This document shows, one piece after another, positions 28,105 through 37,475 of a stretch of 64,000 nucleotides of DNA; position 1 is the stretch's first letter, and each line of letters opens with the position of its first letter. Made by a program: the position numbers and the translations under genes. The notes under the pieces were generated by a model. That model saw only the letters and a program-made list of their open reading frames with translations. It searched no databases and was not told the origin of the DNA. The stretch is from Thermodesulfobacteriota bacterium (GTDB lineage Bacteria; Desulfobacterota; Desulfobacteria; Desulfobacterales; SURF-7), in assembly GCA_049320885.1 (NCBI GenBank), contig JBMORA010000014.1, positions 64,001 through 128,000 of the forward strand, read 5' to 3'.

Positions 28105-31086
28105 ATGGCAAATAACATTTCAAAAGGCTTCATTTGGGTATGCGTCTTCGTTCTGGCCGCTTGTGCCTCAAACATGACCACAAAGCAGGAAGATGCCGGG
28201 GCGAATGCCCCGCCGGAGGAGATGCAGGGCAAGCTCATCACGGACATTCGGATTGCCGATACACCGGAATCGATCAACGTTTCCATCGTGGGGAATCGCT
28301 CGCTCACGTATACTTCCGTGAAACAGCCGTTACCCTTGGGGATCGTTTTCTATTTTCCGGAAACATCGCTTGGTATCGCCAAGACAGAATATCAGGTCGA
28401 TAACAGTATCATCGGCACCATAAAAGCCGCCGAGCTGGTTGAAAATGGTCCCTCCAAAGTCACCATCGCGTTGAAAGCGGATTCTCCCTATGAGATCACC
28501 CGGGAGGGGGAAGCGCTGAAAATTGCATTCAAGAAAACAGCGGATTCAGCATCGGCTGGTGAAACATCACCACCCACAGTAACCGTCGCAGCGGCAAGTG
28601 AAAATGAAACGCCTGGGAGCAATACCGTTGCCGAAGAAGCGATCCCCGCGAATGAACCGCCGGAATCGGCCGAGGGCGACGGAACTGCAGTGGCGCCTGC
28701 GGTCGATCAACAGACATCTTCTTCTGCACCTGTCGCCGCCGCCATACCTGTCACCGTCGAGGGGGAAGCAGGATCCACGGGAGCGGAAGCCTCTTCCGGT
28801 AATAACCTTCGCACCATATCCGCAAGTGAAATACAGAACGGCATAATGGTTTCGGTGATAACCGACCGGTCCGTGACGGATTACAAGTCGTTTACGTTAA
28901 GCGATCCACCCCGAATCGTTTTTGATTTATACGGTGTTAAAAGCCCGTTTACCAAGCCCCAAGTCGTTCCGGTCAACACCCAATGGGTGAAGGGCATCCG
29001 TCATTTCGGTTATCCGGAGCGGGTTCGTATGGTTATTGACACCAAGAATGAATATCTTTCCGCGTTCAAGGCCGAATCCACCGGCAATGGCCTTGCCGTC
29101 AGGCTCGGGGAAGACATCACAGGCGAATCCGCTACGGAACCGGTGATGGCGGAGCCCAAAACGGAAACAGTAGCGACTCCGGCTCCGGCTGTCATCGCCA
29201 TGAAACCACCGGAGGAATATAAGGAAAAATCCGAGTCACCGGTTGTCACATCCAGCGGCCAGGCCCTGGTTAACCGGATTGATTTTATCAGCAGGGATCA
29301 GGGGGAATCCAGTGTCATCATCGGAACAACAAGACCTGTTTCCTATGATGTCACCAAGATCGATGAAAAGAAAATTCAACTGGAGCTGATGGATGCTAAA
29401 ATATTGAGTTTCCGCCAGCGACCGCTTATAACCACTCGTTTTGAAAGTGCTGTGGATCGCATTTCGCCGATCCAGACAGGGGCGATGAAAAACCCCCTGA
29501 TTATCATCGAACTCCGTGAAGGGGTTCCCTATACCGTCAACCAGAGCGACAATCAAATTCAGCTGGATTTTTCCGCTTCGACCGTGGCCCCGAAACCACT
29601 TGAGGAGGCCGGTCTGCCGTCCTGGAAAAAGATGTTGGAACAACATGCGGAGGAACCTTCTTTGGAAGCGCAAGGAACAGTTCCTTCAACAGAGGAAGAA
29701 GGTGCATCGTCCACCATAGCAGCAATTCCGATGCCAGCCGAAACGGATAAGGAAACCACCATGGCCCCATTGAAGGATGATGTGGCGGCAGAGGTGGAAG
29801 AGGAAAGTGAGATCACGGAAGACGCTGCGCTGAAACCAAAGCCGGCAAAAAAACGGTATACCGGTGAAAAAATCGCCCTCGATTTTTATCAGACCGATAT
29901 CAAGAATGTCCTTCGTATTTTACGGGATGTCAGCGGGAAAAACTTTGCCGTTGATCAGGATGTGAACGGAAAAGTGACCCTTACGCTGGTTAAACCGGTT
30001 CCCTGGGATCAAGTTCTGGATTTGATATTAAAGATGAACCAGCTAGGTCAAATCAGTGAGGGAGAAATCGTCAGAATCGTAACCCTGAAAACCCTCATGG
30101 AAGAAGAGCGGCAAAAAGCGGAGGCCCTGAAGGCGGAAGCCACATTAAAAGAACAGAAAAAAGCATTGGAACCGCTGTATACGGAATACATACCCATCAG
30201 TTATGCAAGCGCCAGTGCCGATATCAAACCCCGCCTTGATGAAATCAAGTCCCCGGAAAGAGGCAAGGTGGGGGTTGATGCACGCAACAATCAGATCATC
30301 ATGACCGATACGGCTGAAATCTTGGCCAAGGCGAAAAACATTGTCAGACAAATCGACAAAGTGACGCCCCAGGTGATTATTGAAGCCAGGATTGTCGAGG
30401 TCAGCGAAAACTTTTCTCAAAGTTTCGGAACACGATGGGACCTTTCCGGCCAGCGAACAGCCACCAGCAATCCCGGAGCGGCTACTGCCTCTGAATTTGA
30501 GGTTTCCATGAATCATCCGTCCACCGGGTCCTCCGGTTCCATTGGCGCAAATTTCTCCCGCATTGTTGGCACACCGTTTTCATTGAACGCGGAACTGGAG
30601 GCAATTGAAGCTTCGGGTGACGGCAAAATCATTTCCGCACCGAAAATCGTTACCTTGGATAACAAGGAAGCGCTTATCAAGCAGGGTCTTGAATATCCCT
30701 ACACCGAACGCGATTCCTCGGGTCTGGCCACCAATAAGTTCAAAAAAATTGACCTGGAACTGAAGGTTACCCCCCATGTGACGCCGGACAACCGGATTTC
30801 TATGAAAATGCAGGTCACCAAAAACGACGTGGACGATCTGATCAACGGCGTTCCGTCCCTTGCCACCAATGAAGCAAATACGGAATTGTTGGTCAATGAC
30901 GGTGATACCATCGTTATCGGCGGGATCATCAAATCCTCCAAAAGTGACGGGGAAACACGTTGGCCGATTCTATCCAAAATTCCCTTGTTCGGTTGGTTGT
31001 TTAAAAGCAAAACCACATCGGAAAAAAAGAATGAATTGCTGATCTTCATAACACCGCGAATCGTTCAGCTGGAACACCGTATGTAA
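28105..31086 (+). CDS. pilQ: Type IV pilus secretin PilQ with AMIN-like domains
   Basis: PPRIVFDL AMIN signature, YTGEKIALDF, VPWDQVLD, QVIIEARIVE, ELLIFITPRI; start could be 28078. Confidence 0.95.
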   Translation: MANNISKGFIWVCVFVLAACASNMTTKQEDAGANAPPEEMQGKLITDIRIADTPESINVSIVGNRSLTYTSVKQPLPLGIVFYFPETSLGIAKTEYQVDNSIIGTIKAAELVENGPSKVTIALKADSPYEITREGEALKIAFKKTADSASAGETSPPTVTVAAASENETPGSNTVAEEAIPANEPPESAEGDGTAVAPAVDQQTSSSAPVAAAIPVTVEGEAGSTGAEASSGNNLRTISASEIQNGIMVSVITDRSVTDYKSFTLSDPPRIVFDLYGVKSPFTKPQVVPVNTQWVKGIRHFGYPERVRMVIDTKNEYLSAFKAESTGNGLAVRLGEDITGESATEPVMAEPKTETVATPAPAVIAMKPPEEYKEKSESPVVTSSGQALVNRIDFISRDQGESSVIIGTTRPVSYDVTKIDEKKIQLELMDAKILSFRQRPLITTRFESAVDRISPIQTGAMKNPLIIIELREGVPYTVNQSDNQIQLDFSASTVAPKPLEEAGLPSWKKMLEQHAEEPSLEAQGTVPSTEEEGASSTIAAIPMPAETDKETTMAPLKDDVAAEVEEESEITEDAALKPKPAKKRYTGEKIALDFYQTDIKNVLRILRDVSGKNFAVDQDVNGKVTLTLVKPVPWDQVLDLILKMNQLGQISEGEIVRIVTLKTLMEEERQKAEALKAEATLKEQKKALEPLYTEYIPISYASASADIKPRLDEIKSPERGKVGVDARNNQIIMTDTAEILAKAKNIVRQIDKVTPQVIIEARIVEVSENFSQSFGTRWDLSGQRTATSNPGAATASEFEVSMNHPSTGSSGSIGANFSRIVGTPFSLNAELEAIEASGDGKIISAPKIVTLDNKEALIKQGLEYPYTERDSSGLATNKFKKIDLELKVTPHVTPDNRISMKMQVTKNDVDDLINGVPSLATNEANTELLVNDGDTIVIGGIIKSSKSDGETRWPILSKIPLFGWLFKSKTTSEKKNELLIFITPRIVQLEHRM

Positions 31087-31107
31087 CTGCGAAAACATCC
31101 GATAATG

Positions 31108-31149
31108 AGAGGCAGAGGGATGTGGAGGATATCCTGACTGCCTCTTTTT
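31108..31149 (+). terminator. Rho-independent terminator of the pil operon
   Basis: AGAGGCAG...CTGCCTCT stem followed by a T-run. Confidence 0.7.
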
Positions 31150-31186
31150 ATTGGTGAGCAGGCCAAACCATCAGCTTTGGGTGTTC

Positions 31187-32002
31187 ATGAATCTCAAAGA
31201 GCGACTTTTACAGAAAATGGAGATCGACCGGCTTGCTCGTCAAGTCATCGATTCCCTTCGTCCATTGGGCAATGGCCCGTCCCGGATCGAAAAACAGGCG
31301 ATGAAGAGACTTCTTGAGCTGGGAGACTACCGGCATGAACGCAAGAGGGATCTGGATGTATTTTATCGAGGGAATGTCCAAAATGCGCTTCGGGCGCAAT
31401 TCATCGTGCTGGATAACGATTTGGCCGTATATGAAACGACAATGGAAGACGTCGTGCTGCGGAAAAGCCCATATGTAAAGGAAATGGTCAGTATCCGGAA
31501 TATCATCAAAATTTTAAATGATGGGGATGTAATTCGCTGCAAAAAAGCCGATACCGTCAGGCTTGTTCATGGAGAATGTCTTTCCTTGCTTGATCTGAGT
31601 GTCAACCCCTCGGACCTTTCCGACATGCGGAACGAAGCAATTAAGGCCGTTACTTCAGGCGATACGGAAAAGGTGCTGACCTGCATTTCTCTTTTTGCTG
31701 AATTGCTGGAATATGTTTTCCCACCCCCGTTTCTGGCTTTTCAAGCACACCATATTCGTTGCGGAATTACCATTGACCCGGTTGGAGTTCATTACTACGG
31801 CCCCCACGTCATATATGATTCCGCCACCAATCGACTGGCTCTATCCATTTTACAAATCAAGAATGGAGATAAGGATAAGATCGAAACAATTCAGCAGGTT
31901 ATGCATCATACGGTGAAACCGGACAAGGCGGGAGCAGATGTTTTCACATTTTTATTTGAAGCCGCCAGCGGCATCACATCCATACCGGCAACCACTTTAT
32001 AG
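31187..32002 (+). CDS. Hypothetical protein
   Basis: 271-codon ORF filling the gap between pilQ and the beta-barrel gene; no motif recognised. Confidence 0.7.
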   Translation: MNLKERLLQKMEIDRLARQVIDSLRPLGNGPSRIEKQAMKRLLELGDYRHERKRDLDVFYRGNVQNALRAQFIVLDNDLAVYETTMEDVVLRKSPYVKEMVSIRNIIKILNDGDVIRCKKADTVRLVHGECLSLLDLSVNPSDLSDMRNEAIKAVTSGDTEKVLTCISLFAELLEYVFPPPFLAFQAHHIRCGITIDPVGVHYYGPHVIYDSATNRLALSILQIKNGDKDKIETIQQVMHHTVKPDKAGADVFTFLFEAASGITSIPATTL

Positions 32003-32062
32003 TCATTGCCGCCTTTTGGTAAACCATGGAGCACGGTTTGAGGTGGCAGAAGGGATCCTGAC

Positions 32063-32860
32063 ATGAAAAAGACACTGTTTCTTTTTGGATTTTTTTTCAC
32101 AATCCTGATCAGTACTGTTTCAGGCTTTGCCCTTCCACTAGTGGACATTGAAGCGGCTTTAGGGTGCTGGCTGCAATCTCCATCGGGAGATTTTTCTTAC
32201 GTTACAACAGAAACGAATTCACTACCTTCCACGCTTGATCTGGAAAAGGAGCTGAAATACGATGATGAGAAAGGTATATTGGGAAGAGTAAAGGTTGATT
32301 TGCCGATTATACCAACTGTCTATGTGATGGCCGCCCCCATGATGTTTGAAGGAAACGGCCTGAAGAACGCCGACTTTCAATTCGGTGATCAAACCATCAG
32401 AAGCAATACCGCATTTTATTCCAAGATAACCTTGAATCAGTATGATGCGACTTTATATTATCCAATTCCCTTTCTGAAATCCGCAACCGGAGAAAAATTG
32501 AATGTTGATATCGGGATCAATGCCAGAATTATCGATACCAAAGCGGAAATCCACCAGGATGCCGCTCAAGACACCCCGGCGGTCAATGATTCCGAAAGCG
32601 CCATTCTGGCTGTTCCCACGCTTTTTGTTGCCGCGCAGTTTGTGCCCCATGAACGGTTGGCTCTGGAAGTGGAGGGAAAGGGCTTGCAGGCCGGAGACAA
32701 CAGTGTTTACAGCTTCATCGGACGATTGCGGGTAAACATCATTGGTCCGGCGTTCATTGCAGGTGGTTACCGCCATGATGTCATTGATGTTGATGAAAGC
32801 GATGTGCGCATTGACGCCCAGTTCGCCGGACCGTTTCTGGAAGTGGGGCTGAAATTCTGA
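32063..32860 (+). CDS. Outer-membrane beta-barrel protein (TIGR04219-like)
   Basis: Signal peptide, amphipathic beta pattern, C-terminal GPFLEVGLKF. Confidence 0.7.
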   Translation: MKKTLFLFGFFFTILISTVSGFALPLVDIEAALGCWLQSPSGDFSYVTTETNSLPSTLDLEKELKYDDEKGILGRVKVDLPIIPTVYVMAAPMMFEGNGLKNADFQFGDQTIRSNTAFYSKITLNQYDATLYYPIPFLKSATGEKLNVDIGINARIIDTKAEIHQDAAQDTPAVNDSESAILAVPTLFVAAQFVPHERLALEVEGKGLQAGDNSVYSFIGRLRVNIIGPAFIAGGYRHDVIDVDESDVRIDAQFAGPFLEVGLKF

Positions 32861-32884
32861 CGATGCGCCTTCGGCAATCCGGTT

Positions 32885-33139
32885 TCAAGCCGGACCGGGT
32901 ATGTCATACGTAGTACAGGAGCCCCCGGAGCAGGTTCGTGTCTGTGCCGAAGGTCCGGAGCCACCAGGGGCACAACCTTTCGAAGAACCAGACATGCTAT
33001 AACTGGCAGTACTCATTATCCTTTCGAATTCATCGGATTGGCATTTGGGGCATTTCATTTCCACCGGTTCGTCAGGCTTCAATACAATAATCTCAAATAT
33101 ATCAGAACATTTTAAGCATCGAAATTCATATATCGGCAT
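32885..33139 (-). CDS. FmdB-family zinc-ribbon protein
   Basis: MPIYEFRCLKC...CPKC...ERIMS. Confidence 0.85.
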   Translation of the reverse strand: MPIYEFRCLKCSDIFEIIVLKPDEPVEMKCPKCQSDEFERIMSTASYSMSGSSKGCAPGGSGPSAQTRTCSGGSCTTYDIPGPA

Positions 33140-33190
33140 ATCTGTCTCCTCATGTTTCAGGCAATTCATACTATTGAAAGATCGGTTTTG

Positions 33191-34915
33191 TCAAGATTTT
33201 GGCCGGTTGCTGCTCCCCAACAATTCCCGGGCATGGGCCAGGGTGGTGGAAGTCAGGGTTTCGCCGCCCAGCATCCGGGCGATTTCCGTTACACGCTGGT
33301 CTTTGTCGAGCGGGATGATTTCCGTGCTGGTTCTTCCAGCGGCCGTTTTTTTGGATATGCGAAAATGGTGATCCCCAAATTTGGCGATTTGAGGCAGGTG
33401 GGTAATACAAATTACTTGATGGTGCTCGGCCAGCGAGGCGAGCTTTTTCCCCACAACTTCCGCTGTCGCTCCACCGATTCCTGCATCCACTTCATCAAAG
33501 ACAATGGTCTCAACAGAATCGGTTTTGGATAGAATGGCTTTAACTGCCAGAACGACCCGGGAAAGCTCCCCACCGGACGCTATTGCGGCAAGCGGCTTGA
33601 GATCTTCGCCCTGATTGGGCGCGATCATGAAAGTCACCCGATCGAATCCTGTCTCATCAAGAGTTTTCCCGTCAACACACAGATGGGTGCCTGCATTTCC
33701 CGGCTGCGATTCGGATGCCGTATGCTCCACCGCCACATGAAACCGTGTGTGGGGCATTTTCAGATCGCTCAACTCCTGCTCCACTTTGGATGAAAGCATT
33801 TTCGCGCAAGCCGTGCGCTTAAGGGATATCTCCTTTGCCAGCAGGCAGAGTTGTTCGTGAAGCGAGTCTATTTCCTTGCGAGTGTGAACCATCTGTTCGC
33901 CCAGGGAATCATAACCTGTCAAGGATGAATTGATTTCCTTGAGTTTATCGGCGATGGACGCTAACGTCCCACCGTATTTCCTTTTCAACTGTTGCAGGGT
34001 ATTCAGTCTGTTTTCCACTTCCTCCAACCGATTTCCATCCGTTTCCAGCGAATGAAGATATTGTCTCAATCGGTCGACAAGGTCCTCCAGGCCAAAGCGG
34101 TGGTTTTCGATATCGGCAATGGTCGGTTTCAAGGTTTGATCCAGCCTGGCGGCCTTGTCGAGGTCGCTTGCAACTGCCGCCAGGCGCTCTAAAATGGATT
34201 CAGGGGAATCGTACAGGGTTTCGATGCTGTTGAAAGCGGTTTGATATAATTGGGCTGAATGTTTCAGTTTGGTGCGTTCTTGCTCGAGTAATACATCTTC
34301 GTTTTCCAGGATTGCTGCGGATTCGATTTCATTTTTTTGAAATCCCAACAGTTCTGCCTCCTCCTTATGGCGGCGTTGCCTCGCTTCAAGGTCTTTCAGA
34401 AGGCGCAGAAGTGGCACCAGGGCATGGTAGCATGTACCGATGCGGTTTCGAAGGGGCATGAGCCCTCCGAATTGATCCAGAATAAGAAGATGCTGGTCCG
34501 AAACCAGCAGGCCCTGGTTGGCGTGCTGGCCGGATATGCTGGCGAGATGCTGGGTGATCGGGGTTAATTGCTGAATAGTGGCCTGTCGGCCGTTAATGTA
34601 GATGCGATGACGATCAGCCGATGAAATGACACGGCGGATGATCAGTTCATTATTATGACCTAGGTCATTTTCAAAAAGGCCATGGGCGATGCCGCCTTGG
34701 GGATCGATGATAAAATGTGCTTCCAGTTCCGCCTTGTCGGCTCCCTTGCGGACCAGTCCCGATGTCGCCCGGTTCCCCAAAAGCAGATTCACGGCGTTGA
34801 TGATGATGGACTTGCCGGCGCCTGTCTCACCGCTTAAAACGGTCAACCCTTCTGAAAAGACAATCCGCAAATCGTCGATGATCGCGAAATTTCGGATACT
34901 CAATTCTTGGAGCAT
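33191..34915 (-). CDS. recN: DNA repair protein RecN
   Basis: GETGAGKS, ASGGELSR, FDEVDAGIGG, CITHLPQIA. Confidence 0.97.
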   Translation of the reverse strand: MLQELSIRNFAIIDDLRIVFSEGLTVLSGETGAGKSIIINAVNLLLGNRATSGLVRKGADKAELEAHFIIDPQGGIAHGLFENDLGHNNELIIRRVISSADRHRIYINGRQATIQQLTPITQHLASISGQHANQGLLVSDQHLLILDQFGGLMPLRNRIGTCYHALVPLLRLLKDLEARQRRHKEEAELLGFQKNEIESAAILENEDVLLEQERTKLKHSAQLYQTAFNSIETLYDSPESILERLAAVASDLDKAARLDQTLKPTIADIENHRFGLEDLVDRLRQYLHSLETDGNRLEEVENRLNTLQQLKRKYGGTLASIADKLKEINSSLTGYDSLGEQMVHTRKEIDSLHEQLCLLAKEISLKRTACAKMLSSKVEQELSDLKMPHTRFHVAVEHTASESQPGNAGTHLCVDGKTLDETGFDRVTFMIAPNQGEDLKPLAAIASGGELSRVVLAVKAILSKTDSVETIVFDEVDAGIGGATAEVVGKKLASLAEHHQVICITHLPQIAKFGDHHFRISKKTAAGRTSTEIIPLDKDQRVTEIARMLGGETLTSTTLAHARELLGSSNRPKS

Positions 34916-34951
34916 ATGGAATTACCGACTTCAAGCGATTGGTATAGTCTA

Positions 34952-35971
34952 TCAGACATTGAACCGGAAATTGATGATATCTCCGTTTTGGACCAGATAA
35001 TCGCGGCCCTCCAGTCTGACGGTTCCGTTTTTTTTAGCTTCAGCAAACGAGCCGGCGGTCATGAGATCGTCATAGGCCAGAACTTCGGCGCGGATGAACC
35101 CCTTTTGGATGTCCGTGTGTATTCCTCCCGCGGCCTCCACAGCGGGAGTTCCGGCCGCGATGGTCCACGCGCGGACCTCGTCTTCACCGACGGTGAAAAA
35201 AGAAATCAAGCCCAGAAGCTGATAGGACTTCTGAATAACGCGGTCCATGGCCGAGGAGGATATATGAAATTCCTCCAAAAAGGATTCGACTTCATCATCC
35301 GCCATTTGGGAAAGCTCCTGTTCCAGCTTGCCCCGGATAACCATGGACTCGGCCCACAATGATTCGGATCCTTCCGGAACGGTTTCGTCATTGTCATTGT
35401 TGTTGAATAAGACCAGCTGGGGTTTTGCTGATATAAAGGCATACCCCCGCAGGCATCTTGCAAACGACAATTTCGGTTCACTCCGCAGCGGAATTCCGTT
35501 TTCCAGTTTTTGATGACAGTCCAGCAACAGCAACTGTTCTTCGGCGGAGATATCCCTTCCCCTTTGTTTGTCTTTTTCAAGTCGTTCCAGACGTGTTTCG
35601 GTGACAACCAGGTCGGAAACGATCATTTCGAGATTTATCTGTTGAAGATCCGTGAAAGGATTCGGCGGTTCCAGACCGAACTGCTGGAAATTTCGGACCA
35701 CATGGATCAACGCATCACAATCCCTGACAGCGTTGAACTGGTTTTTATCCTTTTTTGACCCCGCGATCCCCGGCAGAAGATATTCCACCTTGGCGTAAAT
35801 GGTTTTACGGGGGTTGTACATCCGGCTTAGCCGGTCAACCCGGACATCCGGGACATCAATGGTTCCAATCCTGTTGTCAATAATGGTTCCGGGTTCGGAA
35901 AACTGGTGCGTAATGGCTGAAAATATAGTTGATTTGCCTGCTCCCGCCAGCCCAATGATACCAAGTTTCAT
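34952..35971 (-). CDS. YchF/Obg-like ATPase family protein (DUF933 C-terminus), degenerate
   Basis: GLAGAGKST, VPDVRVD, LISFFTVGEDEVRAW, IHTDIQKGFIRAEV, EGRDYLVQNGD. Confidence 0.85.
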   Translation of the reverse strand: MKLGIIGLAGAGKSTIFSAITHQFSEPGTIIDNRIGTIDVPDVRVDRLSRMYNPRKTIYAKVEYLLPGIAGSKKDKNQFNAVRDCDALIHVVRNFQQFGLEPPNPFTDLQQINLEMIVSDLVVTETRLERLEKDKQRGRDISAEEQLLLLDCHQKLENGIPLRSEPKLSFARCLRGYAFISAKPQLVLFNNNDNDETVPEGSESLWAESMVIRGKLEQELSQMADDEVESFLEEFHISSSAMDRVIQKSYQLLGLISFFTVGEDEVRAWTIAAGTPAVEAAGGIHTDIQKGFIRAEVLAYDDLMTAGSFAEAKKNGTVRLEGRDYLVQNGDIINFRFNV

Positions 35972-36191
35972 TCCGAACACCTCCAACGGTTTTTACATTT
36001 ACATACAATTATCGCGCATACAGGTCGACGGTAATGAAAATACGCCGACAAACGCGAATAAGGTATACTCGGAAGCACGGTAAGGCAATTCTTTTTTTCT
36101 GCCGGATGGATTCCTGTTGTCAAGCGGGCTTGTGATGATTGAATAACAGCTTGTTTTTTTTGAAAATGAACCAGGTGTGGGTAGAATTCCT

Positions 36192-36220
36192 TTGACACAT
36201 CAATGGTTTTATCCTATAAT
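36192..36220 (+). promoter_or_regulatory. Consensus sigma-70 promoter
   Basis: Exact TTGACA-17bp-TATAAT about 285 nt upstream of dodecin copy 2. Confidence 0.7.
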
Positions 36221-36504
36221 TTTATCTTAAGACAGTGCTTGGCCTTCGCGCACCACATCACTATCATTTACAGCTCATAAACCGACACCCCTTTGGAATC
36301 AGCGGACGACGATCCATCCGGGCGATTCATCATGATGGATAAGGGCACTCTTTTTTAAAGCGAATTTTTTCATGGTCCATGTTTTTGCCGTTGGCTTTTA
36401 CTGCGCATGAAATCACTTTTACGGGGGAACCAATCCTCGCGGGAAAGTCCTTTCAATGCGCAACGAACATAAGGCTAACCATCACTAATAAAGGAGGGCA
36501 AAAA

Positions 36505-36720
36505 ATGGCTGACAGTATTTACAAAATTATTGAATTGGTCGGTACCAGTGATGTTTCCTGGGAAGCGGCGGCAAAAAATGCAGTTGAAACAGCAGCAAAA
36601 AGCCTGAAGGACCTTCGGATCGCCGATGTGGTTAAAATGGACATGAAGGTAGAGGACGGCAAAGTGGTCGCCTATCGGACACGAGTAAATCTTTCTTTCA
36701 AGTATGGGTCGGACAAATGA
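36505..36720 (+). CDS. Dodecin-family protein (copy 2)
   Basis: SIYKIIELVGTS..SWEAAAKNAV...YRTRVNLSFK; AAGGAGG RBS. Confidence 0.88.
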   Translation: MADSIYKIIELVGTSDVSWEAAAKNAVETAAKSLKDLRIADVVKMDMKVEDGKVVAYRTRVNLSFKYGSDK

Positions 36721-36886
36721 TCAAAAGATAGCAGGCGCACACCCGGCAGCCGGAAACGAACAGGCGGGATTGTTTGGAATTCTGCCTGTCCGTTTCCCAA
36801 AATGTGCCGGAGGGCCCGGATGCTGAAACCTGTAAGCACCGGAATGAGATGGAAGGAGTGCATCATACCGGTGGAGATGAGGATCT

Positions 36887-37417
36887 ATGGGAATCAATAA
36901 CGTATCCATGATAAAAACCAAAAAATATGTGCAACGTCGACAACATGTCCGCTTCCGTGTTGATGGCGCTACCATCGGCGTTTCCAGGGATCAATACACA
37001 AAAATGGGGCAGGTTGTGGATATCAGCATGGGCGGCCTTTCGTTTCGGTATTTTGACGGCGGAATGGAAAGCGCCGAATTTCCTGAAAGCGCCAAAATGG
37101 CCATCCTGCTGGCTCCCAAGGATTTTCATTTGGAAAATATTCCTTTTCGAACCATCCTGGATTTTCCCGTTCAGCCGACATTTCTTGAAATGCGACAAAG
37201 GTGCGTCCAGTTCGGGAATTTGACACCTGCGCAGTTGCTTCATCTGGAGTATTTTATATCCAACCTGTCTGGAGGCCCGATTATAGACAGCAGGCGACAA
37301 CCAGAAAGGCGCCTGGTCGGTTGGCGCAGGGATGATAGTAGCGGCCGGGCGGAAGGTGGCAGATGGGATATTATCGACCGCAGAAGTGGAAACGATCGTC
37401 GTTCCTTTTATCATTAA
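36887..37417 (+). CDS. PilZ-domain (c-di-GMP receptor) protein
   Basis: RRQHVR (RxxxR) and DISMGG (DxSxxG); Arg-rich tail. Confidence 0.8.
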   Translation: MGINNVSMIKTKKYVQRRQHVRFRVDGATIGVSRDQYTKMGQVVDISMGGLSFRYFDGGMESAEFPESAKMAILLAPKDFHLENIPFRTILDFPVQPTFLEMRQRCVQFGNLTPAQLLHLEYFISNLSGGPIIDSRRQPERRLVGWRRDDSSGRAEGGRWDIIDRRSGNDRRSFYH

Positions 37418-37475
37418 AATTCGTCCGGATTCGGTTTGCCGGTTGAAGGTTTTGCATAAGTGCAAGAGCTGAAAG

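Noticed and set aside
18760..36500. Visibly AT-richer central region as a genomic island
   Set aside because: It contains core genes (pilMNOPQ, recN, PBP1A) and no integrase, tRNA or flanking repeats; the composition shift was judged only by eye
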